A stretch of DNA of 64,000 nt from Syntrophales bacterium. Its GTDB lineage: Bacteria; Desulfobacterota; Syntrophia; Syntrophales; UBA2185. The notes beneath the pieces were generated by a model. It saw nothing but the letters and a program-made list of their open reading frames with translations, was not told the origin of the DNA and did not search any database. The position numbers and the translations under genes were made by a program. Shown one piece after another: positions 27,920-36,702 of this stretch. The stretch's first letter is position 1; each line of letters starts with the position of its first letter. The DNA lies in contig DASRZZ010000052.1 of NCBI GenBank assembly GCA_035685925.1, positions 17,615 through 81,614 on the forward strand, written 5' to 3'.

Positions 27920-28696
27920 TTGACATGCGTGGATAAATCTGATATAAGTGCTTTCATTGATAATAGGAATCTCCGGGAGAATCAAGTGGCACCTCTGGGC
28001 ATCATATCTGGCATTATTATTCTGCAGGGCAAGGATCTCTTCGATAATCTGGACGAAAAGGAAGTCGCTACTGAATTTGGCAAGGCTCTCGTCTTATTTT
28101 CGGATGACATCGCATTTATACCCAGACATGGTAAGGACCGACGTCATCATATCCTTCCTCACTTAATTAATCACCAGGCCAATCTTAAGGTGTTGAAGGA
28201 TATGGGAGTCAAAGAGGTCATCGGCATCAATTCTACGGGATCTCTCAAGAGAAATCTAGCACCTGGTACTTTTATTATACCTGACGACTTCCTCATGCTT
28301 GCGGAGACGCCTACCACGGTAAGCGGACGGGCATTCCATATCACACCAAGACTGGACGAAGGAGTCCGGCAAGAGTGGTTGACCGCAGCAAGAGATTGCG
28401 GAATTAATGTCGTAAATGGAGGGATATACTGGCAAACGAAAGGCCCCAGATTTGAGACAAAGGCGGAAATTAGAATGATGTCCCAGTTCGCCGATGTGGT
28501 GGGAATGACTATGGCTAGCGAGGCAGTCGTTGCGCAGGAACTGGGACTATCATATGCGTCCTTATGCTCCGTGGATAACTACGCGAATGGCTTGGGAGAA
28601 AGAGAACTGACGGTGGATGAAATACTTCAGCATGCCCGGAGAAATGCTGCTGTAGTGCTGAAAATAGTCAGAAGATTCATGGAAAGGAGAAAATGA
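27920..28696 (+). CDS. Methylthioadenosine / purine nucleoside phosphorylase family protein (MTAP-like)
   Basis: 258 aa. IPRHGKDRRHHILPHLINHQANLKVLKDMGVKEVIGINSTGSL and GPRFETKAEIRMM...ADVVGMTMASE match the MTAP/PNP-I family. The N-terminal phosphate loop is degenerate (GIISGIIIL instead of GIIGGSG). The start codon is uncertain (TTG). Confidence 0.65.
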   Translation: MTCVDKSDISAFIDNRNLRENQVAPLGIISGIIILQGKDLFDNLDEKEVATEFGKALVLFSDDIAFIPRHGKDRRHHILPHLINHQANLKVLKDMGVKEVIGINSTGSLKRNLAPGTFIIPDDFLMLAETPTTVSGRAFHITPRLDEGVRQEWLTAARDCGINVVNGGIYWQTKGPRFETKAEIRMMSQFADVVGMTMASEAVVAQELGLSYASLCSVDNYANGLGERELTVDEILQHARRNAAVVLKIVRRFMERRK

Positions 28697-29211
28697 TGAA
28701 ATTTTCCACAAGAGGGGATGGGGGGGAGACAAGCCTGTTAGGGGGACAGAGAGTCCCTAAATACGATCCCAGACCAGAGACCTACGGGGTATTAGACGAA
28801 GCAAGCTCCGCACTCGGGGTGGCGAGAGCCTCAACACACAACCAGAAGATCAAAGACATCATACTGAGCGTGCAGAAAGATCTGCTCATCATGGGAGCAG
28901 AACTTTCCAGCGTGCCGGAAGATATCCAAAAGCTGATGCGCAGGATCGGGGAAGAAGACATTAAGCGCCTGGATGAAATCATTGATGCGCTGCAGAAACA
29001 CGTCACATTGAAAAACGAATTTATCTACCCCGGGGAAACTCCGGTTTCGGCCGAGATAGATGTGGGAAGGACAATTATAAGGAGGGCCGAGAGAAAGGCT
29101 GCTCGCCTCAAGACGGAAGGACTCCTTCACAATGCCGAAATAAACAGATATCTTAATAGATTGGCGGATATGCTGTTTGTGCTTGCACGGTACGAAGAAC
29201 AGAGAGGTTAA
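28693..29211 (+). CDS. PduO-type ATP:cob(I)alamin adenosyltransferase
   Basis: 172 aa. TRGDGGETSLLGG...PKYDPR...YGVLDEASS is the PduO-type signature. It has an ATGA overlap with the preceding gene. Confidence 0.8.
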   Translation: MMKFSTRGDGGETSLLGGQRVPKYDPRPETYGVLDEASSALGVARASTHNQKIKDIILSVQKDLLIMGAELSSVPEDIQKLMRRIGEEDIKRLDEIIDALQKHVTLKNEFIYPGETPVSAEIDVGRTIIRRAERKAARLKTEGLLHNAEINRYLNRLADMLFVLARYEEQRG

Positions 29212-29642
29212 AACGCCCCCAGTTGGCATGGCTTTACCTTGATCTTTAGGGTCTCACATGCCGCAGAAACCGCCGTCTTCGGAATGCCGAATGTTTTGGC
29301 GATATTCCAGGCAGCGGCACAGGGAAGACGGCCGTTCACAAGAGCGCCGCGTACGGCTTTTTCCAGACCAACTTGAACGACTTCTGCAGGTTTGACAACT
29401 GTCTTTTGGGGGCTGTAACCAAAAAGCCCCAGTTGACATTTGCTTATCTGGACCTCCATCAGATCAATAGCAAGGCCGACTTCTTTCATAGTCGCACCCA
29501 ACTCATCGGCAATATAGCTTGCATCGGAGCAGGTAATTTTGCCATCAGCAGCTTTTTTCTCCAAGGTCCGGGCAATCTTCTCATCCAATCTGCTTGTTGA
29601 CGAATGTTTGGCCTTATACTTTCCTTTGTCTCCATGTGTCAT
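29208..29642 (-). CDS. Uncharacterised protein made of two tandem Cys-motif repeats (…C-x30-CQLGxF twice)
   Basis: 144 aa. Residues ~33-83 and ~93-144 align to each other: G[KR][IL]xCxxAxxIAxxxGxxxxxVxxA...CQLGxF. It lies 52 nt downstream of the PaaK-type ligase on the same strand. Confidence 0.5.
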   Translation of the reverse strand: MTHGDKGKYKAKHSSTSRLDEKIARTLEKKAADGKITCSDASYIADELGATMKEVGLAIDLMEVQISKCQLGLFGYSPQKTVVKPAEVVQVGLEKAVRGALVNGRLPCAAAWNIAKTFGIPKTAVSAACETLKIKVKPCQLGAF

Positions 29643-29694
29643 TTTTTGTGTTCTCCGATTTTGGTTATTCCCGCGGAAATGGCGCCTGCTCTAT

Positions 29695-30993
29695 CTATTG
29701 TTCTCGGTTGTCGATGACGCGAATCGCCTTTCCTTCGGCGGCGGGAATGCTGCCGGGTTCGACTAATTTCACTCTCGGCGTGATCAGGATGTCAGCCTTC
29801 AACTCATCAATAACCCTCTTCTTCAGATCTTCAAGGGGCCTAAGATCACCGGTAAAGACCTCATTTTGCACCTCTACCTTGACGGTCATGTGATCATCAT
29901 AACCTTCTCTTTCCAGAATAATCAAAAAGTTATTGCCGACACCCGGTATCTCCATCAACCTCTTTTCAATCTGGATGGGGAATATATTGACCCCCTTGAT
30001 AATCATCATGTCGTCTGTGCGACCTTTGATGCGCTCAATTCTCCTGTGAGTCCTGCCGCACGCACACGTACCTGGAACAATTCGTGTCAGGTCCTTCGTA
30101 CGATACCTGACCATGGGCATGCCCTCTCTCAGGAGTGTAGTCATGACAAGTTCTCCCTCTTCGCCGTCGGGCACTGGCTTCAATGTCTTTGGATCTATAA
30201 TTTCTACGAAATAATGGTCTTCCCAGATGTGCATTCCTTCCTGACAGAGGCATTCAAAAGCCACGCCAGGCCCGTTCATCTCCGAAAGGCCGTAGGAATT
30301 GTAAGCCTTGAAGCCATAATACTCTTCGATTTTTTTTCTCATCCGTTCTGAGTGCGGCTCTGCGCCAACAAAGGCAATCCGGAGTTTTGTATCCCTTACG
30401 GGATCGACCTTTAGTTCCTCAAAAACCTTGGACAGGTGGAGGGCGTAGCTTGGAATTATGTGAATGGCTGTTGTATCGAAATCACGCATCAATTGGATCT
30501 GACGTTTGCTGTTGCCAGCACCTGCCGGTATCACCAGGGCGCCCACTTTTTCTGCGGCGTAATGGAAACCGAGCCCACCTGTAAAAAGGCCGTAGGTCAT
30601 CATGTTCTGGAAGACGTCTGTCTTTCTCATTCCTGCCATATATATGCAACGGGCAAGTACGTCTGTCCATGCATGGATGTCAGCAGCTGTATGAAATACG
30701 ACAATAGCCCGGCCGGTGGTACCTGAGGATGCATGCATCCTGATCAGCTCGTCCTTTGGAACAGCGATAAAACCATAAGGCCAGTGCTCTCTCAAATCGT
30801 CCTTCGTGGTGAAAGGAAAATTCTTGACATCGCCGAGAGACTTAACAAGATCAGCATCTAGACCAATTCTCTTGAACACCCCGTTGTAATAGGCGGACTT
30901 CTGCGCCCTTTTGACCGTATTCTTGAATCTTTCAAGCTGTAAGCCCTCGAGCCTTTCCCGATCCATGGTTTCAATATCTTTGTCCCAATACAT
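29695..30993 (-). CDS. Phenylacetate-CoA ligase family (PaaK / coenzyme F390 synthetase-like) adenylating enzyme
   Basis: MYWDKDIETMDRERLEGLQLERFK..., FPFTTKDDLR and MHASSGTTGR (AMP-binding P-loop) match the family. I chose the start at M28 of the track ORF, with GGAGG 6 nt upstream. ATG 31020 is an alternative. Confidence 0.85.
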   Translation of the reverse strand: MYWDKDIETMDRERLEGLQLERFKNTVKRAQKSAYYNGVFKRIGLDADLVKSLGDVKNFPFTTKDDLREHWPYGFIAVPKDELIRMHASSGTTGRAIVVFHTAADIHAWTDVLARCIYMAGMRKTDVFQNMMTYGLFTGGLGFHYAAEKVGALVIPAGAGNSKRQIQLMRDFDTTAIHIIPSYALHLSKVFEELKVDPVRDTKLRIAFVGAEPHSERMRKKIEEYYGFKAYNSYGLSEMNGPGVAFECLCQEGMHIWEDHYFVEIIDPKTLKPVPDGEEGELVMTTLLREGMPMVRYRTKDLTRIVPGTCACGRTHRRIERIKGRTDDMMIIKGVNIFPIQIEKRLMEIPGVGNNFLIILEREGYDDHMTVKVEVQNEVFTGDLRPLEDLKKRVIDELKADILITPRVKLVEPGSIPAAEGKAIRVIDNREQ

Positions 30994-31225
30994 TTGACGC
31001 CTCCAATCCCAACTATTCATGTCACTCCTACAATTCGCTTCAAATTTTATCAAGATTTTTTTGCCCCTTTCCATAGCTTGCGTATCCTGCCCTGGCCTGC
31101 GTGGGTTTAAAAACAGGCATGTTTGTAAAACGAAAAAAGTCTTGCTTTAAGAGGTATAGTCAAGTAGAAAAATATATCATAATTATAGTGCAGTAAATAG
31201 ATAAGAGGGTGAATTAGGGGGGCAT

Positions 31226-31804
31226 ATGGGAAAGTCAATTAAGGGATCCAACACAGAAAAAAATCTGCTGGCGGCCTTCTCCGGTGAGTCGCAGGCACGA
31301 AACAGATACACCTATTTCGCCAGCGCCGCAAGAAAAGAGGGTTTTGAACAAATCGCGCACATCTTTCTGGAAACGGCGGAAAATGAAAAAGAACACGCCA
31401 AGGTATTCTTCAAGCATCTGGAAGGAGGCGACGTCGAGTTCACTGCGTCCTATCCCGCTGGCGTTATAGCCGATACAAGGGCCAATCTCCTGGAAGCGGC
31501 GTCCGGTGAGAAGCTGGAGTGGTCCACTCTTTATCGGGATTTTGCAGAGATCGCGAGAGGTGAGGGATTTCTTGAAGTCGCGGATTCCTTCGCCCAGATT
31601 GCCAAGGTGGAAATGTTTCATGAAAACAGATACAGAAAACTTTTAAGCAACGTCGCGAATAAAGAGGTATTCAAGAAAAAATCTCGTGTAAAATGGCATT
31701 GCATGAACTGCGGCTACATCTTTGAGGGAATCGAAGCACCGGCTGAATGTCCCGCGTGCAAACATCCACAATCTTACTACGAGATATTGGCGGAAAATTA
31801 TTAG
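31226..31804 (+). CDS. rbr: Rubrerythrin
   Basis: It has a diiron four-helix bundle (NLLAAFSGESQARNRYTYF, ENEKEHAKVF, EMFHENRY) and a C-terminal rubredoxin-like CMNCGY...CPACKHP. Confidence 0.9.
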   Translation: MGKSIKGSNTEKNLLAAFSGESQARNRYTYFASAARKEGFEQIAHIFLETAENEKEHAKVFFKHLEGGDVEFTASYPAGVIADTRANLLEAASGEKLEWSTLYRDFAEIARGEGFLEVADSFAQIAKVEMFHENRYRKLLSNVANKEVFKKKSRVKWHCMNCGYIFEGIEAPAECPACKHPQSYYEILAENY

Positions 31805-31821
31805 ACCTGGATGTATGAACC

Positions 31822-32388
31822 ATGACAGGCGTTATCTTGTCCGGTGGGAAAAGTTCGAGGATGGGAATGAACAAGGCCTTTCTCGAGATTGAGGGGAAAA
31901 GACTGATCGATAGAATCACGTCAACGTTCACGAATATCTTCCGGGAAGTGATCCTTGTAACTAATGCCCCTCTGGATTATGTTGACCAGTGCTGCATTGT
32001 CGCCTCCGACATATTCAAGAATAAGGGTGCGCTGGGAGGCATCTATACGGGTCTTTTTTATGCGTCTTTCGACCATGCCTTTATTGCTGCTTGCGATATG
32101 CCCTTCTTAAACAGACCATTCATAGAGCATATGATTAAATGCGCGGGCAAATACGACATTGTAGTGCCGGAAGCTTCTGACGGTCTCCAACCGCTTCACG
32201 CCATTTATTCGAAGAGGTGTCTCCGCCCTATCAAGAAGCTTATGGATGCGGACAACCTGAAAATCACAGCTTTTTACAAGGGATTAAAGACCATGGTGAT
32301 ACCCGAGGAGGACATCAAACCCTTCGATCCGGAAGGAAAGCTCTTTATCAACGTGAACACCAGAAAGGATCTTGAATATATTTCATAA
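31822..32388 (+). CDS. mobA: Molybdenum cofactor guanylyltransferase
   Basis: 188 aa. GVILSGGKSSRMGMNKAFLEIEGKRLIDR and ACDMPF are MobA motifs. Confidence 0.85.
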   Translation: MTGVILSGGKSSRMGMNKAFLEIEGKRLIDRITSTFTNIFREVILVTNAPLDYVDQCCIVASDIFKNKGALGGIYTGLFYASFDHAFIAACDMPFLNRPFIEHMIKCAGKYDIVVPEASDGLQPLHAIYSKRCLRPIKKLMDADNLKITAFYKGLKTMVIPEEDIKPFDPEGKLFINVNTRKDLEYIS

Positions 32389-32591
32389 TTCTAAGAAACC
32401 AGCAAGGATCTCCGAGAAAACATCACAACGATCTGTGACATAGTCTTTATAGGATACGACACCGATACAATGTATGAAATTATTATGATTATTTAACAAA
32501 GATTTACAACCTATCATCTGCCATCATCCCATATCGGCACACCTCATTTTTTTGAACAGCAATACAGTCTGTCAATCTAAAAAGGAGGGTT

Positions 32592-32847
32592 ATGATGGAT
32601 TTTACATTTGCCGAGGAACAAGAGATGTTTAGAAAAGCGGCCAGAGAAAGTTCCCCTTTTGATTGAAAAGGTCAAAGCGTACCGGACAGGCTGTGCGGGT
32701 GCGTGAATCTCATCTTCTCGACTGAATTTAAATCCCATCCTGAGGCATTCCCGCCATGCCGAAAACCTTTCGTTTGATGTTGCACCTCGGCGGGAAACAA
32801 TGTATTTTGCGGCGAACTTTATAATAAGCAGAAGGCGCATCAGATAA
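32592..32847 (+). pseudogene. Collapsed acyl-CoA dehydrogenase gene remnant (N-terminal 20 codons, possibly C-terminal end, ~0.9 kb missing)
   Basis: AAAGGAGGG is followed by ATGATGGAT... encoding MMDFTFAEEQEMFRKAARE, then a stop after 24 codons. Compare the intact paralogue at 34566, MDFKFTEEQELIRKNVREF. The last codons before fixC read ...FIISRRRIR-TAA-ATG, weakly like an ACAD C-terminus (…MVISGTVLR). Confidence 0.45.
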
Positions 32848-34134
32848 ATGGATAAGTTCGATGTGATCATAGTGGGAGCTGGTCTTGCCGGTCTTGGAGC
32901 AGCATATACATTAGCAGGCAGCGGTCTTGATGTGCTCGTCCTAGAGCGAGGAGACTATCCTGGCGCAAAGAACGTAACAGGTGGCCGCCTTTATGTGAAC
33001 CCCGTTCGTGACCTCTTTCCCGGTCTGTTCGAAAGAGCCCCCCTAGAGCGCTTTATAACTCACGAAGGAATATCTCTCATGGCAAAGGGCCGCTCCGTAA
33101 CATTCCGCTATTCCGGGAATGAACTACGAGCTGAACCCCATCAGAGCTTCAGCATACTCCGATCGAAGTTCGACAGATGGCTCGCAGAGCGAGTTGAAGA
33201 ACAAGGGGTTGCCGTCCTGCCCAAGGTGAGGGTGGAAGGCCTTATCAAAGACAAGGGGGCGATACGCGGTGTCATGGCGGGCGGTGACGACTTGCGGGCC
33301 GATGTGGTAATCGCCTGCGATGGTGCTCTATCGCTCCTGTCGGAGAAGGCCGGCCTACGGTCGCCCGCCTCCCCTCAGAGCTTTGCCCTCGGTGTCAAGG
33401 AAGTGATCACCTTAGATCCCGGAGTGATTAACGAACGTTTTCACTTGGAAGGCAACGAAGGCGCGGCGTATCTATACGCCGGCGATGTCACACAAGGCAA
33501 ATTCGGGGGCGGATTCCTGTACACGAACAAGGAAAGCCTCAGCCTGGGAGTTGTCATCGGCATCAAGGATGCCATGGATCCGAAACTTCCAGTTGAAGTG
33601 CCGGTACTTTTAGAAGCATTCAAAGGTCGGCCTGAGATCTCCCCGCTGATCAGGGGCGGAAACACAACGGAATATTCCGCTCATATCATTCCGGAAGGCG
33701 GATTCAAGTCGCTTGCTAATCTGTGCGGGAATGGTATCCTGGCCGCAGGGGACGCTGCCGGGCTGGCGCTGAATATCGGTTTCACCGTACGGGGCATGGA
33801 ATACGCCCTGGCATCGGGCTACTTCGCCGCCAGAGCTATCCTGAACGCAAAGGAAGTGGGAAATTTTAGCTCTGAAACCCTCGGTGTATACAGGAAACTT
33901 TTAGAAGAAAGTTTTGTACTTCAGGATTTAAAGAATTTTCAGGAATCACTTGCCGTTTTCGGCAATCCCCGTTTGTTCGCTCACTATCCGGAAATGATCG
34001 GAAACCTCTTGAGTGAAATCTACACGATCCCGGCTGGCCCTAAGGAAAGGCTCTACCCAACACTCAGAAGGCATTTGACCCTGGGTGAGTTGTGGAATAT
34101 TTTTGTTGACCTGAGAGATGTAATGAAGATATGA
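32848..34134 (+). CDS. fixC: FixC-type FAD-dependent ETF:quinone oxidoreductase-like flavoprotein
   Basis: 428 aa. It has the N-terminal GxGxxG motif (DVIIVGAGLAGLGAAYTLA), and its length and sequence are typical of FixC. It has an ATGA overlap with fixX. Confidence 0.85.
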   Translation: MDKFDVIIVGAGLAGLGAAYTLAGSGLDVLVLERGDYPGAKNVTGGRLYVNPVRDLFPGLFERAPLERFITHEGISLMAKGRSVTFRYSGNELRAEPHQSFSILRSKFDRWLAERVEEQGVAVLPKVRVEGLIKDKGAIRGVMAGGDDLRADVVIACDGALSLLSEKAGLRSPASPQSFALGVKEVITLDPGVINERFHLEGNEGAAYLYAGDVTQGKFGGGFLYTNKESLSLGVVIGIKDAMDPKLPVEVPVLLEAFKGRPEISPLIRGGNTTEYSAHIIPEGGFKSLANLCGNGILAAGDAAGLALNIGFTVRGMEYALASGYFAARAILNAKEVGNFSSETLGVYRKLLEESFVLQDLKNFQESLAVFGNPRLFAHYPEMIGNLLSEIYTIPAGPKERLYPTLRRHLTLGELWNIFVDLRDVMKI

Positions 34135-34415
34135 GCGATATCGTTGATTTGAAGACCAAGCTGGGGTTTGACGTGTTCAAACCCGTGGGAGAACCCCACA
34201 TTAAAATCATACGGGGCATGGAAAAAGATCCGCGCCTAAAACCGGCTATCCGTGCCTGTCCGGCCGGTCTCTATAGCGAGAATGAAGAAGGCGAAGTCGT
34301 CCTCACTATAGACGGGTGTCTAGAGTGCGGCACCTGCCGGCTCGTTTGCGGCACTGAGGTTCTTGATTGGAATTATCCACCCGGGGGAACCGGTGTGCAG
34401 TATCGTTTCGGTTAG
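34131..34415 (+). CDS. fixX: FixX ferredoxin-like protein
   Basis: 94 aa. CPAGLY...GCLECGTCRLVCG matches the FixX pattern. Confidence 0.85.
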   Translation: MSDIVDLKTKLGFDVFKPVGEPHIKIIRGMEKDPRLKPAIRACPAGLYSENEEGEVVLTIDGCLECGTCRLVCGTEVLDWNYPPGGTGVQYRFG

Positions 34416-34565
34416 GGATGGAATTTTTTTATTATGGCAAAACTGTTACATTTGAAGTGTTAATTCCGTGCCATTGCGGATGAGAGATTCTCCCGTAAGA
34501 TCAATGCGTAATGGCCTCTTGTCCGAAATGATCACCTGAATAATAAAATCGAGGGGATGAATATT

Positions 34566-35705
34566 ATGGATTTCAAATTTACTGAGGAACAAGAACTGAT
34601 TCGTAAGAATGTGAGAGAATTCTGCGTGAAGAACGTGGACCCTATCGCGGCGGAAATCGACGAGAACAGCCGCCATCCCTCCGAGCTGTTTGAAAAGCTC
34701 TCTCAAGGGGGCTGGATGGGCATACCCGTTCCACAGGAATACGGGGGCGCCGGGGCGGACTTTTTAACCAGCATCATCGTAGTGGAAGAACTTTCCCGGT
34801 CATGCTCCTCCACGGGATTTACAGTATCGACTCATGCAAGCATCATGTGCATGATGATACTCCTGTTCGGAACGGAAGAACAGAAGAAGATTTACCTCAC
34901 CCCCATGGCTCAAGGCAAGCGTTTGGGAGCTTTCTGCCTGACCGAGCCGGGTGCAGGCACGGATGTGATGGCGATCACTACCGCGGCAGTCTTAGACGGC
35001 AATGATTATATCATTAATGGAATCAAGACCTTCACCTCCAACGGCCCCACTGCAGGGACATACATTGTCTTTGCATGGACGGACAAATCTGCCGGTCGCA
35101 AAGGCATGAGCACATTCATAGTCCCCAGGGAAACCACCGGTCTCAGAGTGGGTGAACACTTCAAGAAGATGGGACTTCGGTCTTCACAGACTTCGGAGAT
35201 AATCTTCAAGGACTGCCGCGTGCCGAAGCGCAATCTTCTTGGAAAGGAAGGTGCGGGGCTCCAGATCGCAATGACCGGCTTCGATGGCGGTCGCGTGGGA
35301 ATCGCCGCGCAGTGCGTCGGCATCCTCCAAGCCGCCCTGGATGAGTCCATCAAGTATTCCAAGGACCGGGTACAATTCGGTGCCCCCATAGCCCGTAACC
35401 AGGCGATCGCATGGATGATATCAGACATGGCCACGGACCTATCCGCTGCCCGCTTCCTCACCTACCACGCGGCCTGGCTCAAAGACCAGAAGTTGCCATT
35501 CGGCAAGGAAGCAGCCATGGCTAAACTTTACGCCTCGGAAGCGGCGATGAAACACACCATAAAGGCGGTCCAGATCCACGGCGGATACGGTTACTGCAAA
35601 GGCGCCAAGGTGGAACGGCTGATGCGTGACGCCAAGATTACAGAAATATACGAAGGGACATCAGAAGCGCAGCGGATGGTTATCTCTGGCACAGTGCTCC
35701 GCTGA
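34566..35705 (+). CDS. Acyl-CoA dehydrogenase (short/medium-chain type)
   Basis: MDFKFTEEQELIRKNVREF..., LTEPGAGTD and the C-terminal [17 protein letters not shown] match ACADs. The track ORF starts 9 nt earlier (34557). Confidence 0.9.
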   Translation: MDFKFTEEQELIRKNVREFCVKNVDPIAAEIDENSRHPSELFEKLSQGGWMGIPVPQEYGGAGADFLTSIIVVEELSRSCSSTGFTVSTHASIMCMMILLFGTEEQKKIYLTPMAQGKRLGAFCLTEPGAGTDVMAITTAAVLDGNDYIINGIKTFTSNGPTAGTYIVFAWTDKSAGRKGMSTFIVPRETTGLRVGEHFKKMGLRSSQTSEIIFKDCRVPKRNLLGKEGAGLQIAMTGFDGGRVGIAAQCVGILQAALDESIKYSKDRVQFGAPIARNQAIAWMISDMATDLSAARFLTYHAAWLKDQKLPFGKEAAMAKLYASEAAMKHTIKAVQIHGGYGYCKGAKVERLMRDAKITEIYEGTSEAQRMVISGTVLR

Positions 35706-35924
35706 GTATCTGGAATATCAGGCCTGCCTGAAGATATTTATTGTATTTAATTCAAGGAATGAAGAAACAAGGAATAGTGGCATTCAGCAGTTGATTATGA
35801 GAGTTGTCGTTTCCATCCCGAAAAACTGCTCTTTAATCTGCCATTGCCTGGCCTGACCAGACAGTCCAGGTTGTTTTCATTCTGGATTCCGCTTAACGGA
35901 CAAGACCATAAATGGTGCAAGTTT

Positions 35925-36692
35925 ATGCCTTCAGCTATTGCCTGTTTCAAATGGGTCGCCGATGAAGCCTACATCAGGCAAGGCCCATCGGGTGACCTGG
36001 ATTTCTCCTCCATAGATTACAAAATCGGCGAGTACGACCGCAATGCCATCGAGGAAGCCGTCCGGCTTAAGGAAACATTTGGTTGGAAGGCCGTCGCCGT
36101 CACTGCAGGTCTCCCCGAGGCGGCGAAGGGTGTAAAAGATGCCCTCTCCCGTGGAGCTGACGAGGCCTATTTTATATCCGACAGTTCGTTCGGCAATCTC
36201 GATTCTTCCCAAACCGCATTCATCTTGGCTGAGGTCATCGGCACGAGGATAAGAGAATATGATTTAATCATCTGTGGCGAGGGATCGAGTGACCTTTATG
36301 CCCAGCAGGTTGGTCCCCGCCTCGCAGTAAACCTTGGAATACCCTGTATTTCGTTCATAGAAAAGTTCCTCATCGAAAATAACCAACTCATCGCAGAACG
36401 TCGCGTCGAGGAAGGCGTCGAGGTGGTAACAACGCCCCTCCCTGCCCTGGTAACGGTTCTCCCTGATATCAATATCCCCAGAATTCCTGGAGTAAGGGAT
36501 ACCCTGATGGCGGGTAAGAAACCGACTGTGAAAATTTTGAAAGATGAACTTCCGCCCATGGGTGAGCCCCTGCTACGCGCAATCAGCCTCACAGCTGCGA
36601 GGATGGAACGGAGCTGCGAGAAGTTCGGCACAAACACCGCAGAGATAGCGCGATTTGTCGCGTCATTTCGCAAGAAGGGCGTTATTGGTTAG
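35925..36692 (+). CDS. fixA: Electron transfer flavoprotein beta subunit, FixA type
   Basis: MPSAIACFKWVADEAYIR...YDRNAIEEAVRLKE...LIICGEGSSDLYAQQVGP matches FixA/EtfB. I chose the start at M28 of the track ORF. The RBS is weak, so the start is uncertain. Confidence 0.8.
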   Translation: MPSAIACFKWVADEAYIRQGPSGDLDFSSIDYKIGEYDRNAIEEAVRLKETFGWKAVAVTAGLPEAAKGVKDALSRGADEAYFISDSSFGNLDSSQTAFILAEVIGTRIREYDLIICGEGSSDLYAQQVGPRLAVNLGIPCISFIEKFLIENNQLIAERRVEEGVEVVTTPLPALVTVLPDINIPRIPGVRDTLMAGKKPTVKILKDELPPMGEPLLRAISLTAARMERSCEKFGTNTAEIARFVASFRKKGVIG

Positions 36693-36702
36693 AGGATATA
36701 AC

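Noticed and set aside
34435-34449. TGGCAAAACTGTTAC upstream of the first acyl-CoA dehydrogenase, a near match to a sigma54 promoter.
   Set aside because: The -12 element reads TTAC instead of TTGC, so the essentially invariant GC is lost. It is not convincing without experimental support.
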